From the NCBI RefSeq assembly GCF_001194135.2, contig NC_068994.1, positions 47,723,897 through 47,787,872 on the forward strand: 63,976 nt of DNA, written 5' to 3'. The position numbers were made by a program, and so were the translations under genes. The notes beneath the pieces were generated by a model, which had not been told where the DNA came from, made no database searches, and saw only the letters and a program-made list of their open reading frames with translations. Of the stretch, positions 48,846 to 61,744 are shown piece after piece (the stretch's first letter is position 1; each line of letters starts with the position of its first letter). This DNA is from Octopus bimaculoides (taxonomy: Eukaryota).

Positions 48846-49699
48846 TATAACTCTAAAGTTGCAGGAGAACGTTTTGATTTTTGAAACCCAACTAGACATT
48901 TACAAAGTCAACATTCTTGTGTGTCTCCAGTTCTGCACTGATCAAGCAACGATCATGTTACATTTCATTCAAACAGTGCTATCTAGGACCATATTTTCCA
49001 ATGTACCCTTTCCTTTTTCAGACAGGTTATTTAAGTGAAAATAAGGACAAGGACCTTAATTGTGCAATGCCTTAGTTCATCTTGTGGCCAGAAAAACAAT
49101 TTGTCTCGGAAAAGTTCTTTTATATTAGATCACTGGTTTTTCCATCATTTTTGTGACCTCATCATGCTATCTCTCTATGTTTAAGATACACAACATTCTT
49201 AATGACATTTTTTTTTTTTTTTGTCAGTTGTTATTTAAATTTAAAAACCTCTCAACATTTCTAACTATTGTCTAAAACAGCTCAGGGTGTCATGACAACC
49301 CAGTTGGAAAGTACTGGATAAGAACAGTGGCAGTATTGAAGAGTTTTGCCTCTTATCAGCCTAAGATTAGTAACTTCCATTATGAACTTGTTCTGAAGAC
49401 CTAATTTTTTTTTATGAAAGATTTAACCTTAGCTCAAACCTCAGCCATTAATAAATCAACTTTACCTAACTTCAGTAGCAACTGCACTTGATATGGTTTG
49501 TTTAGTCCCAGATTAGCTTTGCTCAAGTGGACTGATAATTCTTTCTATTTTTGGCAAATGGCCTGTGATTTTGAAGGGAAGGTCAAAATTGATTATTTCA
49601 ACCTCAGTACTTGCCTAGTATATTTTATTAACCTCGAAAGGATGAAAGGTAAAGTTGAATGTGAATTCTGATTTCCATTTTTTAGTTCTAAAATTTAAA

Positions 49700-50260
49700 T
49701 CCGTGTTTTGTCAGTTCTAAGATGCATCTTATGATGAATGGTCTGGGATGTGCCATCTGTGATGTTTCTGAGTTCTTAAGGGACTTCAGGTCTTTCATCA
49801 GACCCTTTCACCCATTTGACCCAGCTAAAGTTGATCAGATCCCAACTTGCATCCAAGCAGAAGCAAACTACTGTTCCACCATCTTTATCAAAAAACTATC
49901 TAGTGGCCTATCTCTCTGCAGCTCCAGTGGTGGAATGTATGGTCAGAGCTTTGCAGAATAAATGCTCCCTCCCCACAAAACCCTGATAGCCTCTTTCAGT
50001 TGGCATACCATATGCCTGCCAGTCTTGGTTTCTGCACTCCTCTACCAGTTCCTGGTATTTGGCCAGCTTCCTCTTATGAACGTCTTCTATGTGTTCTTCC
50101 CAGGGTGCAGCCAGTACACAGATGACCATCTGTTTGTGGAATTTGAGAAGAAAACTATATCTGGACAGAGTGTAGTTTGTATGATATGCTCTGAGAACTT
50201 CAGCTGTTTGACAAGGTCCACTGTCAGCTGCCAGTCTTATCATTACCATCAACCCTTAGA
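49700..50260 (-). mobile_element. HERO-like non-LTR retrotransposon, RLE-domain fragment
   Basis: ORF 49908-50252 reads KQMVICVLAAPWEEHIEDVHKRKLAKYQELVEECRNQDWQA...RGYQGF...GAAER, the characteristic HERO/R2-superfamily RLE C-terminus. Confidence 0.8.
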
Positions 50261-51446
50261 CTAGGCTTCATAGAGCCAGTGATCCAGTTTCCATGGCATA
50301 TGACAGACTGAAATCACAACATACCCCTTGAACAGGACAGCAATCTGTCACAGGCTCACTCATTTTACAGCTGAGTGAACTGGAACAATATGAAATGAAG
50401 TATTTTGCACACCACCCAGTTTAGGAATCGAAACCACAATCTTGCCATTGTGAGTGTAACACCTTAACCACTATGTCTTACACTTTCACAACAGTCAGTC
50501 TAACACCATGGAAAAATATAAATTATGTTTTCTAATTTAGGCAGTTCACTTCCACAAATTCTGATGAAGAGTGCTGACTAGAATATCAACCCAAGAATGA
50601 ATAAAAAATAATTGGTATAAGAATTACAAAACTGTGTGTGTGTGTATGTGTGTGAATCTTAATTTTACTAATTATTCTAGGATGTATATGATATTACCTT
50701 TGTGATAACTATAGTTACCTATAACTATATGCATCATCATCAGTTTATGTTCATTTTTCTATACCTGCATGGGTTAGAGATACCTTCCTTTGTTAGACTC
50801 AAACTCCTTAGATCAATTTTCAATCCCTCTCACATCCTCAATTTTCCTCGTTATAAAAATGAATGAATTTGTATGATTATTAATATTCTTTTTCCCATTT
50901 CGTTTTTCACATGCATCCACATATTCTGCCTATATGCACATTAACATTATTATCATTAGGCCTTCACAACATTCCATTCATTCATGTATCATGAGGATGT
51001 CACATTTACTAGGCAAACAAATTGTTCACATGAACATTCTGCTGTACATCTGAAAATATCAACTAATATAAATCATTCAGATCAGATCTACGCCTTAGAC
51101 TTGGCTAATTTGCTATTCAGCTCCTTACCACCTTTGATCAAGCTTACCTATGTTGACAGGTGTTTCAAAGCCATGATCACAGGTGTTTTAAAATCACAAG
51201 CACAATGCTTTGGTTTTAGTTATTTTTGACTTTTTTCTTTCTTTTTTTTTTCAATCTAAACATAGTGTATTTAGGATTTCATTATCCAATTTGTCCTTTT
51301 CATTTTTAAGAATTTGAAGACGATTGAGGTTTGACTAGGCACTCTCATTCGTTACTGTTGTTTACTTCAAACTGACCAGATCTTCCATCATTCCAGCTGT
51401 GACAATTGTCTTTTTTAGTATATCTAAGCTATATTGTTCAATGTGT

Positions 51447-51832
51447 GGAGGCGCAATGGCCCAGTGGTTAGGGCAGCGGACTCATGGTCTTAGGATCGCG
51501 GTTTCGATTCCCAGACTGGGCGTTGTGAGTGTTTATTGAGCGAAAACACCTAAAATCTCCACGAGGCTCCGGCAGGGGATGGTGGCGAACCTTGCTGTAC
51601 TCTTTCACCACAACTTTCTCTCATTCTATCTTCCTGTTTCTGTTGTGCCTGAAATTCAAAGGGTCAGCCTTGTCACACTGTGTCACACTGAATATCCCCA
51701 AGAACTACGTTAAGGGTACATGTGTCTGTGGAGTGCTCAGCCACTTGCACGTTAATTTCACGAGCAGGCTGTTCCGTTGATCGGATCAACTGGAACCCTC
51801 GACGTCGTAAGCGACAGAGTGCCAACAACAAC
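51447..51832 (+). mobile_element. Full-length tRNA-derived SINE (386 bp) with (CAA)n tail and perfect 14-bp TSD
   Basis: Head GGAGGCGCAATGGCCCAGTGG...GGTTTCGATTCCC. The TSD ATTGTTCAATGTGT is at 51433-51446 and 51833-51846. Confidence 0.9.
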
Positions 51833-52434
51833 ATTGTTCAATGTGTCTGTCCTTTAAAAAAGAAAAAAAGGTAGGGTTTGCTCTGAGAGATATCTGGCTA
51901 CTAAACACACCGACACCAGTTATCAAGCGGTGGGGGCAGCAGCACAGATATGTTCTTTCAGTTTCCATCTACCAAATCCACTCACAAGGCTTTGGTTGGC
52001 CTGGGAATATAGTAGAAGACACTTGCCCAAAGTGCTATGCAGTGGGACTGAATCTGGAACCATGTGGTTGGGAAGCAAACTCCATATCACATGGCCATTT
52101 TTGTAAACTCCGCAGTAAATCTGCCGTATGCCTTTTGGAACCCACTGTATTAGAGTAAGAGATACAAGATATTTCTTTTCTTTCTACTTAGCAGATGATA
52201 TACTTAAGTATTCTAAGAAATAAATGTCTGAATCATAAACGGAATAATGAACTGAGCTTTTTTTTTTTCACATTAAATCTTACTAACATTGATAATTATT
52301 ATTTTCTTTTTCTTTCATCTTTCTAGGTCAATAAAATTAGTACTAGTTAAGCGTTACTGTTGATAAATGATTTATAATCCTCAGTTCATATTTGTGACTA
52401 AGTTGGAGACTTATATTAGTGTTTTGTTTCACAG

Positions 52435-52812
52435 AAGCACAGGCATAGCTGCATGGTTAACAAGGTCGTTTTCTAATCACATGGTTTGGTTTCAGATTCA
52501 GTTCCACCATGCTGCACCTTGGGCAAATGTTTTATACTATAGCCTTGGGCCAACCAATGTCTTACAAATGAATTTATAAGTGGAAACCACTCTGTGTGTG
52601 TGTTTTTGCGTTTGTCCCCCCCCCCCTTGCTGCTTGATGGCTAGTCTTGGTTTGTTTAGGTCCCTGTGACTTAGTAGTTTGATAAAAAAAAAAAAAAAAG
52701 AGACTGTTAGAATAAATACCAGACTTCAAAATAAGTGCTAGTGTCAATTTGTTCAGCCCCTTCAAGGTGGTGCCGCTGCACGGCCACAGTCTAGTGACTG
52801 AAACAAGCAAAA
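52435..52812 (+). mobile_element. SINE family A, diverged copy
   Basis: Same motif order as 24311-24750. Confidence 0.75.
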
Positions 52813-52999
52813 GATTTTTAAAAAAATAAAGTTATGTGTTTTTGTGTTACAACCTTAACTGTTGAACAAAATTGAAGACAACTAAAGTGTTTAATATAAT
52901 AAAAGCAATGTTATAAAGTTCTATTAACCTATAGAAGAAGACTTTCCATGGGTTCTGCTAATTATTACTGCTATAAATTTTATGTTCTGTGTTCAAATC

Positions 53000-53320
53000 C
53001 CATTAAGGTCAACTTTGTTTTACATCTTTCAATAGGGTCAACAAATTAAAGTAGCAGTCAAGTACTAGAGTTACTGCTTCTGACTAATATACTCTCTCCA
53101 AATTTCTGGCTTTGTACCTATGTTAGATATAATTAAAGGCAGCAAGTTGGCAGAATTTTTAAAACATCAGTAGAAATGCTTGTGCTATTTCTTCCGACTC
53201 CTGAGTTCAAATTTTACTGAAGCCAACTTTGCCTTTCGTCCTTTTTGAAGATGATAAAATAAAGTACCAGTCAGTTACTGAGGTTGATGTAGTCAACTGA
53301 CTCTCTCTCTCTCTCTCCTC

Positions 53321-53356
<36 letters not shown>

Positions 53357-53720
53357 AAATATAGTGAATCCTCTACAGTATGTACTTTTGTTCATTTATG
53401 ATCTATTTTGCCTTTTTGTGTCACCAGCATCTGTGCATTTTGTGTCCTCAGTCAAATACTAGGGTCAATGAAATCAACTAGCCCCTTCCTACAAAATGTC
53501 AGGATTTGTGCCTGGCAGAATTGTTAGTTCACCGGACAAAATGCTTAGTGGTATTTCGTCCATCGCTACGTTCTGAGTTCAAATTTTTCCAAGGTTGACT
53601 TTGCCTTTCATACTTTCAGGGTTAGTGAAATAAGTACCAGTTGCACATTGGGGGGGGGGGGGTCAATATAATCAACTTGCCCGCACCCAAAAAATTTCAG
53701 GCCTTGTGCCTTTATCCAAG
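53000..53720 (+). mobile_element. Cluster of SINE family B copies (3-4, partly truncated)
   Basis: Repeated GAGTTCAAAT...ACTTTGCCTTTC motifs. Confidence 0.7.
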
Positions 53721-53978
53721 ATTAATAACAGAATCCTCAAAACAAAACCTTCAAATTCTTTGCAAATATTTATTCTGTAACTTATTGTATGCTGCAAAGA
53801 AATTTGAAATACAATTAAGAAGTGTCTTTAGCCATACAAAGCCTATTGTTAATTTTTGACATTTCAGCACAACAATGAAAAGAAAATAACAAAATTGGAA
53901 GCTTGGACTAGTTCTAAGGATTCTTTATAGTGAAATTTTATTGCATGCAAGTAATTATATCTGACATACACATATGCA

Positions 53979-54012
<34 letters not shown>

Positions 54013-54179
54013 TAAGAAAGTTGAATTCTTTACATCATGCTACATGCACTTACATAAACTGAAAAACACCAATTAATATTGATAATTTAAGCATTATAAG
54101 AGGAATGTGATATGTGAAATGTTGTTAGTATGCATGACTGTCAGAGCACAAGTGAACTAAATGGGGAGTTGCGTATTAA

Positions 54180-54397
54180 CCCTTTCGATACCAACCCGGC
54201 TGAAACCAGCTCTGACTCTGATTACAAATGTCTTGTTTTCATAAGTTCTGAATTAAAATCTTCCACCATACCTTAGTCGCAATTTATGTTCTTAACAGTA
54301 GCTTAATGATAACTAAGTTATTTTACTAAATTCTTTGTTATATCTAGAGTAACTGAAAGAAACAGAGAGCATCTCAATAAATACAGTAACAAAAGGG
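54180..54397. mobile_element. piggyBac-type MITE (218 bp)
   Basis: TTAA|CCCTTTCGATAC...GTAACAAAAGGG|TTAA. A related fragment lies at about 28905-29045 (-). Confidence 0.8.
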
Positions 54398-54424
54398 TTA
54401 AAGATATCAGTCAGTATGTATAAT

Positions 54425-54950
54425 AAGTTGACAAGCTGGCAGAACCATTAGCATGCCAAGCAAAATGCTCAGCAGTATTTTGTTTGTCATGTTCTGAGTT
54501 CAAACTCTGCCACAGTCACTTCTACTTTCCATCCTTTCAGAGTCAATGAGATAAGTATCAGTGAAACACTGGGATAGATGTAATCGGCTTGCCCACCCCC
54601 TCCCCGAAATTACTGGCCTTGTGCCAAAATTTGAAACCATTATTATCATTATTCATGCTGGGCAAAATGCTTAGCGGCATTTTAGTCTGAGTTCAAATTC
54701 TGCCATGGTCAACTTTGTCTTTCATTGTTTTGGGGGTCGATAAATTAAGTGCCAGTTAAGTACTAGGGTAAATGTAATCGACTTAACACATCCCCCAAAA
54801 TTTCAGGCCTTGTACCTATAGTAGAAATTATTATTATTATTAAAGCAGCATGCTGGCAGAACCATTAGCACACCAGGCAAAATGTTCAGTGGCATTTTGT
54901 CCATCTTTACATTCTGAGTTCAAATTCTTCTGAGGTAGACTTTTCTTTTC
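54425..54950 (+). mobile_element. Three head-to-tail SINE family B copies (last one 3'-truncated)
   Basis: Units start at about 54425, 54655 and 54843. Confidence 0.75.
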
Positions 54951-55076
54951 ATGATGTAATCAAAATACACCCTCTCTTTGTATGTATGTATGTATGTATG
55001 TATGTATGTATGTGGAGGTGCTTGAGATGAGTGGCAGTAGAAATATAGAGTCAATGATTTTACAAAGACATTTGAG

Positions 55077-55460
55077 GTGGGGGGGGGACATTTGGTGAGG
55101 ATGAGTGATGAGCGACTGCCCAAGCAGCTATTGTATGGTGAGCTGGAAGTTAGCAGGAGACCAGCATATAAGCCTAAACTAAGGTTTAAGGATTGCCTTA
55201 AAAATGCTCTAACTCAGACAGGAATTGCAGCTGGTAATTGGGAGAGGGAGGCACAAGACCGTGATGGATGGAGGTAGATAGTGCATGATGGTTGTTCAAG
55301 GTTTGAGAGGGAGAGGGTAAAGTATGAGAGAACTAGGAGAGGGATTAGAAGGGGGGGGAACCTGTGGAAAGTGAGAGAGTGTTGCATTTTATGTGTGTGG
55401 TTTGTGGGTGGAGGTGTTTGAGTCTTGTAGGCCTGGTTAGCCATCAAAATTCTCACAGAA
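55077..55460 (+). mobile_element. RTE-BovB-like LINE, 3' ORF fragment
   Basis: GHLVRMSDERLPKQLLYGEL...KPKLRFKDCLK...WEREAQDRDGWR followed by a C2H2-like CVVCGWRCLSLVGLVSHQNSH, the typical RTE ORF end. Confidence 0.88.
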
Positions 55461-58002
55461 ATCAGCCCATGATAAACAATGATGTGACTCTTAAAATTCA
55501 CAACAGAACACGTAAAATGTGGAAAGGTGTGCCTCTCGGTTGGAGATTTCAAAAGACATGTTAAGAGAGTGCATATGATGGCACCTGTTTCTCCTGCCAG
55601 CCATTACAGTTGTCTAGTATGTAATAAAGTGTGTAAAATGTTGGCCGGGCTTAAAAGTCATATAAGGGCATCACATGGCAACAATAAGGAATCATTTCAG
55701 TAAGTCTTCTTGGCAATGGCTTTTCTCGTGTAACGAGGATGCAGCTGTGATGTGATGTATGTATGTATATGTGTGTGTGTGTATATGTATGTGTGTGTAT
55801 GTATATATATGTGTATGTGTATGCATGTGTGTGTGCATGTATGTATGTGCATGTGTGTATGTATGCATGTGTATATGTGTGTATGTATATATATATATAT
55901 GTAGGCATGTATGTGTATGCATGCATGTATGTATTTATGTATGTTTATATGTGTATGTATGTGTATATGTCTGTATATATGTGTGTATATGTGTATATAT
56001 GTATGTATATGTGTGTGTATGTATATATGTGTATATGTATGTATATGTGTGTGTATGTATATATGTATGTATATATGTATGTATATGTGTGTGTGTATGT
56101 AAATATATGTGTGTATATATATATATATATATGTGTATGTATGTGAATATATGTGTATATGTTTATATATGTGCATGTGTTTATATATGTGTATATGTCT
56201 ATATCTGTATATGACTACATATATATATATATGTATGTATATATAAACTCATATACACACGTACAGTTCACTTTATGCAATCGCTCCTTCTTTGTACTGC
56301 AACCCTCTAGAATTACCTTCTTGTCCCATATTTTTTTACCTGTTGGTGTCTCCTTCCAAACGTTCAAGCTAACCGTTAACTGTTTCACTGTTTCTAGTCT
56401 GGAGAACCAGCAATATTTTATGGCCACTACACCATTTCTCATCCTCTAATGACTGACAGTTGAAGCGAGGGAAAATGAAAGATGAAGCGCTGTGAACTAG
56501 TTTAAACTGAAATGGTTGCTCAACTAACCTGTTAGAAATAGCATCCATATGGCCATTGTATCTCATCTCACTGTCTTTTTAAAAGAACGTATTGGACAAT
56601 GCAGTTTCCTAATAAACAAGAAAGCAGGATGGTCATGGCTAGAATAACTTCGATCATTGGTCTACATGATCAGGGCTGACCTCAGGGAGAAAACAACCAG
56701 ATAGTGATGGGGTCCATATACTAATTTCTCTTCAATCTCCTATTTATTCATTTATTTTTATATTTTGTCTCCTCTCTATAATCAATATTGCTATTTCATT
56801 AATCAACCCATACATTGATTTTGCTGGCATTCATAAAAGACTTGCTCAACATATATATATATATATAAATAATGAAAATGTATGTGTATGCATATCAGGA
56901 ACACAGCTTTTAGTTTTTTTAAACATGAGCTATTGAAAGCACAGCTATGCTCCAAGTTTATTATCATTATTATTGTTGTTGTTTTTATGTATTTTCTTGT
57001 TGGTTTTTTTTTTATTTTATTTTTTTATTCAGTACAATAAATTTCCGTTATGGTGGGGCATCCATTGAATGTTTTCTCAGTCTTATTTTCTGGATGAAAT
57101 GATTTCCATTGCTGTTGATATTTCAGCTTCATTTATAGGAGGCAACAGTCATTCATGAGAATCAAGCAATCTGTCTGTTTGTCTATCTTTCATAGAACAT
57201 CCCTGGACTTTAGATATTCTGCCTGTTCACATTCTGGTTTCTTTCTTTGGATGTGGTGGCTAGTATTACTTGTCTTCATTGTTGTTTAACCACAAATAAA
57301 CATTGATCAAATAGTCTTGTAATGAAAGGCATTCCAGCCATAACCACTTCTCATTTTTCAGATGTCTAGGATTACATTATCCAATATGTCCTTAAGATGG
57401 GAGATGTGGCTGATATTTCTAGCAGGTTGACCAACCATATAAAGGCTTTTTTGTTTGTTCATCTATTGGTGTTTGTGTGCATTGTGTTAAGTCTATCATT
57501 GAAACTTGCTATTAATATAACTTCCATGAATAATGATGGCTTTTGTCAATTTGGCAGTATTCCATGTGAGGTTGTTATCAATTAATGTGTTAGTTTTAAA
57601 GCTCGTTATCGCAGACGCATGGCCAGCTGTTTGTTGTTGTCATCTAGTTCTAGGTCAACTTCGATTGAGCAGACTGACAGATTAGAGCATTTCAACCATG
57701 GCTGTCTCTTTTTTTTATGTGGGGTGGGTGGGTGATATCTACATTGTTCAGTGTGTTCCTCCTTTTTCAAGATGATGTAATTAGAGGGAGATACAGCTGC
57801 TATTTCTACAAGGCTAAGTGATCACATGGTAGTGTCCTCATTGGTCAGCCGATATGAAAGTATGGCATTTCTATGTCCAGTGTAACGTAACAGTAGTCTT
57901 GAAGTCTGCAATTTGATATTTGCATCTGAATGGCTAAATTCCGTCTTTTAGTGGTTTTTGCATGTCATTTGTGAACTAAGGTTTTAAATATTTGTGTTTT
58001 TG

Positions 58003-58035
<33 letters not shown>

Positions 58036-58139
58036 CACAGGGGTGAGCCACGAGGCTGTATCTTGCCCCTTGTTAGCTTTGCCAGGCTTTCTACAGCTGG
58101 ATGCCCTTTCTAATACTTTACTATGTGTACTGCATTATT

Positions 58140-58415
58140 TTATTTTTTTACTTGTTTCAGTCATTTGACTGTGGCCATGCTAGAGCACTGCCTTTAGTCA
58201 AGCAAATCAACCCCAGGGCTTATTCTTTGTAAGCCTAGTACTTATTCTATTGGGCCTTTTTTGTCAAACTGCTAAGTTACAGGGATAAACACTCATATAT
58301 ATTATATATATATGGGCTTCTTTCGGTTTTTGTCTACCAAATCCACTCACGAGGCTTTGGTCAGCCTGAGGCTACAGTAGAAGATACTTGTCCAAGGTGT
58401 CACACCTGCACCTAT
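58140..58415 (-). mobile_element. SINE family A copy (internally deleted)
   Basis: Reverse-complement match to 24311-24750. Confidence 0.8.
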
Positions 58416-59225
58416 TGCATGCTTGTTTGTTTTGTTTGTTTTTTATTACTACTAGCACTAGTGGGGTTGCCAAGTAACATGCAAGATAGGAAAGAACAAG
58501 AAAAAAGAGAAAAGGGGTAAAAAAAACTGGCCTGTTTGACTATCCTGTCTTTGTATCTTTAAAACTACATTATCCAATGTGTCCTTCCTTCAAGATGTTT
58601 GGGCATTTAGACAAGAGAGGCTGATGTATCTGGTATTCAACATGAACTTCTGAATGTTAATTTTGTAAGGAAAATGTAGATAGGAGGTTAGCTTAAGGAG
58701 CTACAATCCTGGGGCTGAGGATTTAAGTAGAGTGTTTGGTACAAAATAGAGTTAAGTATTTTAGAGATGAAGGAAGGCAGGTGCATCTATCTGATGGTCT
58801 GTGGCAGAGGTGATGATTCACAACTTTGCTAAAGGTTAAAAGCACTCACTGACTATGTGGTTAGTATTAAATAAGGTGTCTGGATCAGTAATAATATTAA
58901 GCATTGTTTATATTGAAAATATCATCCATTGAGTCATAATTTGCTCATAATCATACAGTTAATGCCAGACATAGAAGTAAATTGTTCTGCTATTGTGCAG
59001 TAACTGAAAGATTACCTGTGAAACCAGGTGAGATTCATAGATGGATTAAACAGTTTAATTAAAAATGGACAAGTAAACATTTCTACAACTAATCAGAGAG
59101 AAAAAAAAGCATGGGTGTGGTGAAAGTGCATTCCATGAAGTCTATAATTTTTAAATTTTTCTCTACATCAGTTTTCTATTTCTATGTCACCTATATATAT
59201 TTTTGCTTTCTTTTTTAAAATATAG

Positions 59226-59322
59226 TTTGGTAAAGTTAAAATTGAACTTCACGAAAAAAAACAGCATCCTGATGAAGAAGACTCGGACCTAGAGGACACT
59301 GTCAGGTTATGTGAAGATAAAG
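59226..59322 (+). CDS. GPAT4: GPAT3/4-family coding exon 2: FGKVKIELHEKKQHPDEEDSDLEDTVRLCEDK
   Basis: Pyrimidine tract plus TATAG acceptor, AAAG|GTATGT donor, 97 nt. Phase 0 joins exon 1 (KIFQ|FGKVKIE, cf. GPAT4 KIFAWATLRME) and phase 1 joins exon 3. Intron 1 is 39135-59225 (20,091 nt). Confidence 0.85.
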
Positions 59323-60227
59323 GTATGTTGTTGTTTTTTTTCCTTCCTTTTGTTTTTGAGCTGTTTTTCACCCTATTCATTCATGTGATACTGTTACCTC
59401 GATATGTTTTGTAATGTTCTTGCTGAACAGTTCAGTTCTTAGTTGAACGCATTAACTAGAATCATTATTGGTGAGTATCTGTAAAATGTATTTAGAACTA
59501 TCCCAGGAATTTGCATTATAAATTGATTCAAGCAATTTTCCAATTTTGGATAAGTGGAGAAGGAGGGAGTCAGTGTCACTAATCTGTTTCCAGAAAGTTT
59601 GGAACCTATTTCTGGTAGCTAAGTGAGAACTGTTCTTACCAATTCTTAATCCGTCCAATATTTCTGTCTAATTTCAAACAAAGCAATAATCCCATAGAAA
59701 CAGTGATAGTTTTTAATGTGCTGCTGGATTCTTTTTCCTTTACTTTTCTTTTGTGGGACCATCCACAAGCCATAGGCCCTGACCTCTAGGTCAAATACAA
59801 AACACAAGCTAACATTACTCAATGAACCTGCTTGATATTGTTCTAAATAGACACCACATATTTTCAACCCTACAACTTGTGATAATATACTCCTTAATAA
59901 AGTTAGGACAGTCTCAGCTAGAAATATTAAGTAAATGATGAATTTTAACCCAAGACCACACATCAATAACATAAGAAAGCTATGAGCCAATGTAGCCGCC
60001 TGACTTGCTAGAAGTAACAGTAGAATATTCTTTAGATTGCACCTTCCTTATATTGGATAATGTAGCCTCCAAGATACATAGATGCCTTGGTCATGGCTGG
60101 ATGAATCTAAATTACTCTATTTTACTGAGTATGTATAAGTATATACTTTAACAATCTGTCTTATGTTAAAGTATTTTAGTATTTAAATGTTGATATTTAG
60201 AAATCTGATGTTATCAGATGTTCTCAT

Positions 60228-60272
<45 letters not shown>

Positions 60273-60710
60273 CCTAACTACGATCTCATCCAGAGGATGA
60301 CCTTCATCAACTGGATAGAACTTATGTTTCAAGTGGCTTTTATATAAAAGCTTGTTATCTATCACGTTGTAAGTGTAAGCTTGTCCTCACCTTTCAGTCA
60401 CGGTATCATCATAACTGTCATCCTTAATATTAAAGAGAAAGGTTATCTCAATAACTTGGTTATCTACAAATTATTAGTTTTGATAAAATGCTTTTTGATT
60501 GTTTTCTCCAATATGCAACTAATCTTGTAATTATTATTACTACAGTTACGGAGGTTTATTTCAATTGACTTTTTGTTTCTACAACAGTCTCTATTTATAG
60601 AAATAGTTGCCAAATCTTCCTCAAACCATAGTTTTTAAAAATAAAGAACACTTGTTGCTTTTTTTTTTTTTGTCACAAACTGGGTGTTTATATTGTCTAA
60701 TGGCATTTAA

Positions 60711-60897
60711 CACTTTTGCTATCATACTAAGGTTGAAATACACTACCTTTCTTTTAATTAATTTTGAAAATAATAAGGAATTTATTAAAATAATTTTGTC
60801 ATTATCAAGCTGCAAGGTTCTAGTTTAGATCACTTTAAAATGGGGAATTTGTATCATAGAAGCAAGGATGATTTCAGAAGGGTTGGCATCAAAAGGG
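60711..60897. mobile_element. piggyBac-type MITE
   Basis: TTAA|CACTTTTGCTATC...GGCATCAAAAGGG|TTAA. Confidence 0.65.
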
Positions 60898-61461
60898 TTA
60901 ATAAATGTTACACAAGAAACCTCGCCACAACTCTGTGTTTCCACTCTGATTGTGCATCTTAAGTCTGGAAAGAAACTGACACAAGAGGAGATGGGTGGAT
61001 TGAAAATGTCAAGAAGTATATACATGCATGACTGCCACTTACTCTCAAATGTCAGCAAGAAAAGGAGGAGTATAAAATACTTGTTTGACAATCTTCAGTG
61101 GTGCCCAGTTAATAATCTGATAGGTTACAAGACTGACAACCACCATGATGAAACATGAATTCACATGCACACTCTCACTTACTGCATTCTCCAGAATACA
61201 ATGTAGAATAAGCATTCAAGCATCATCACTATCTTTCTGAATCTGGTTGCATTTCACAAGGAATTTTTGACCCTCCATGGTCATCTCGGTGTATAAGTCA
61301 ACCTACCTATTTTTTTCTTTGTGTGTGCATGTGCGGGTGTATGTGTGTGTGTAAATTTAGGTCTGCAAAAATTCTACTTGTATGTCAGAAAATGGTGGTC
61401 ATTCACTCATATGTTAATGTGACATTTTTTAAAAATTTTGTTTTATCTCTTTATAATTTAG

Positions 61462-61601
61462 CATCTCATCTGATTGAAAGAGACATTGCACTCTCAGCAA
61501 CGGCAGGTATAAAGATCCCAGATGTGGAGACAATATCAGAGAGTCTGAAACATGAGTTCCATCTCACTGACATTATGTATTTCACAAAATGTGGAGTTGA
61601 A
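61462..61601 (+). CDS. GPAT4: GPAT3/4-family coding exon 3: (A)SHLIERDIALSATAGIKIPDVETISESLKHEFHLTDIMYFTKCGVE
   Basis: TTTAG acceptor, GAA|GTAAGT donor, 140 nt, phase 1 to phase 0. EFHLTDIMYFTKCGVE matches GPAT4 EFELSDIFYFCRKGME. Confidence 0.92.
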
Positions 61602-61744
61602 GTAAGTTGAAGTAAATCTGTTTCTTCATAGTTCAATGTATCTTTAGACCTTTGTACCTCTCTGTAGCCTTGTGTCATTGTGTGTCAAAGACATGTGCAT
61701 CACCAACATTATCATCATTAACATCTGCTTTCCATGCTCACATA

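Noticed and set aside
50561-50600. CTGATGAAG...ATATCAACC resembling the hammerhead family
   Set aside because: No GAAAC, no pairable stem II and no family tail; at most a very decayed remnant.
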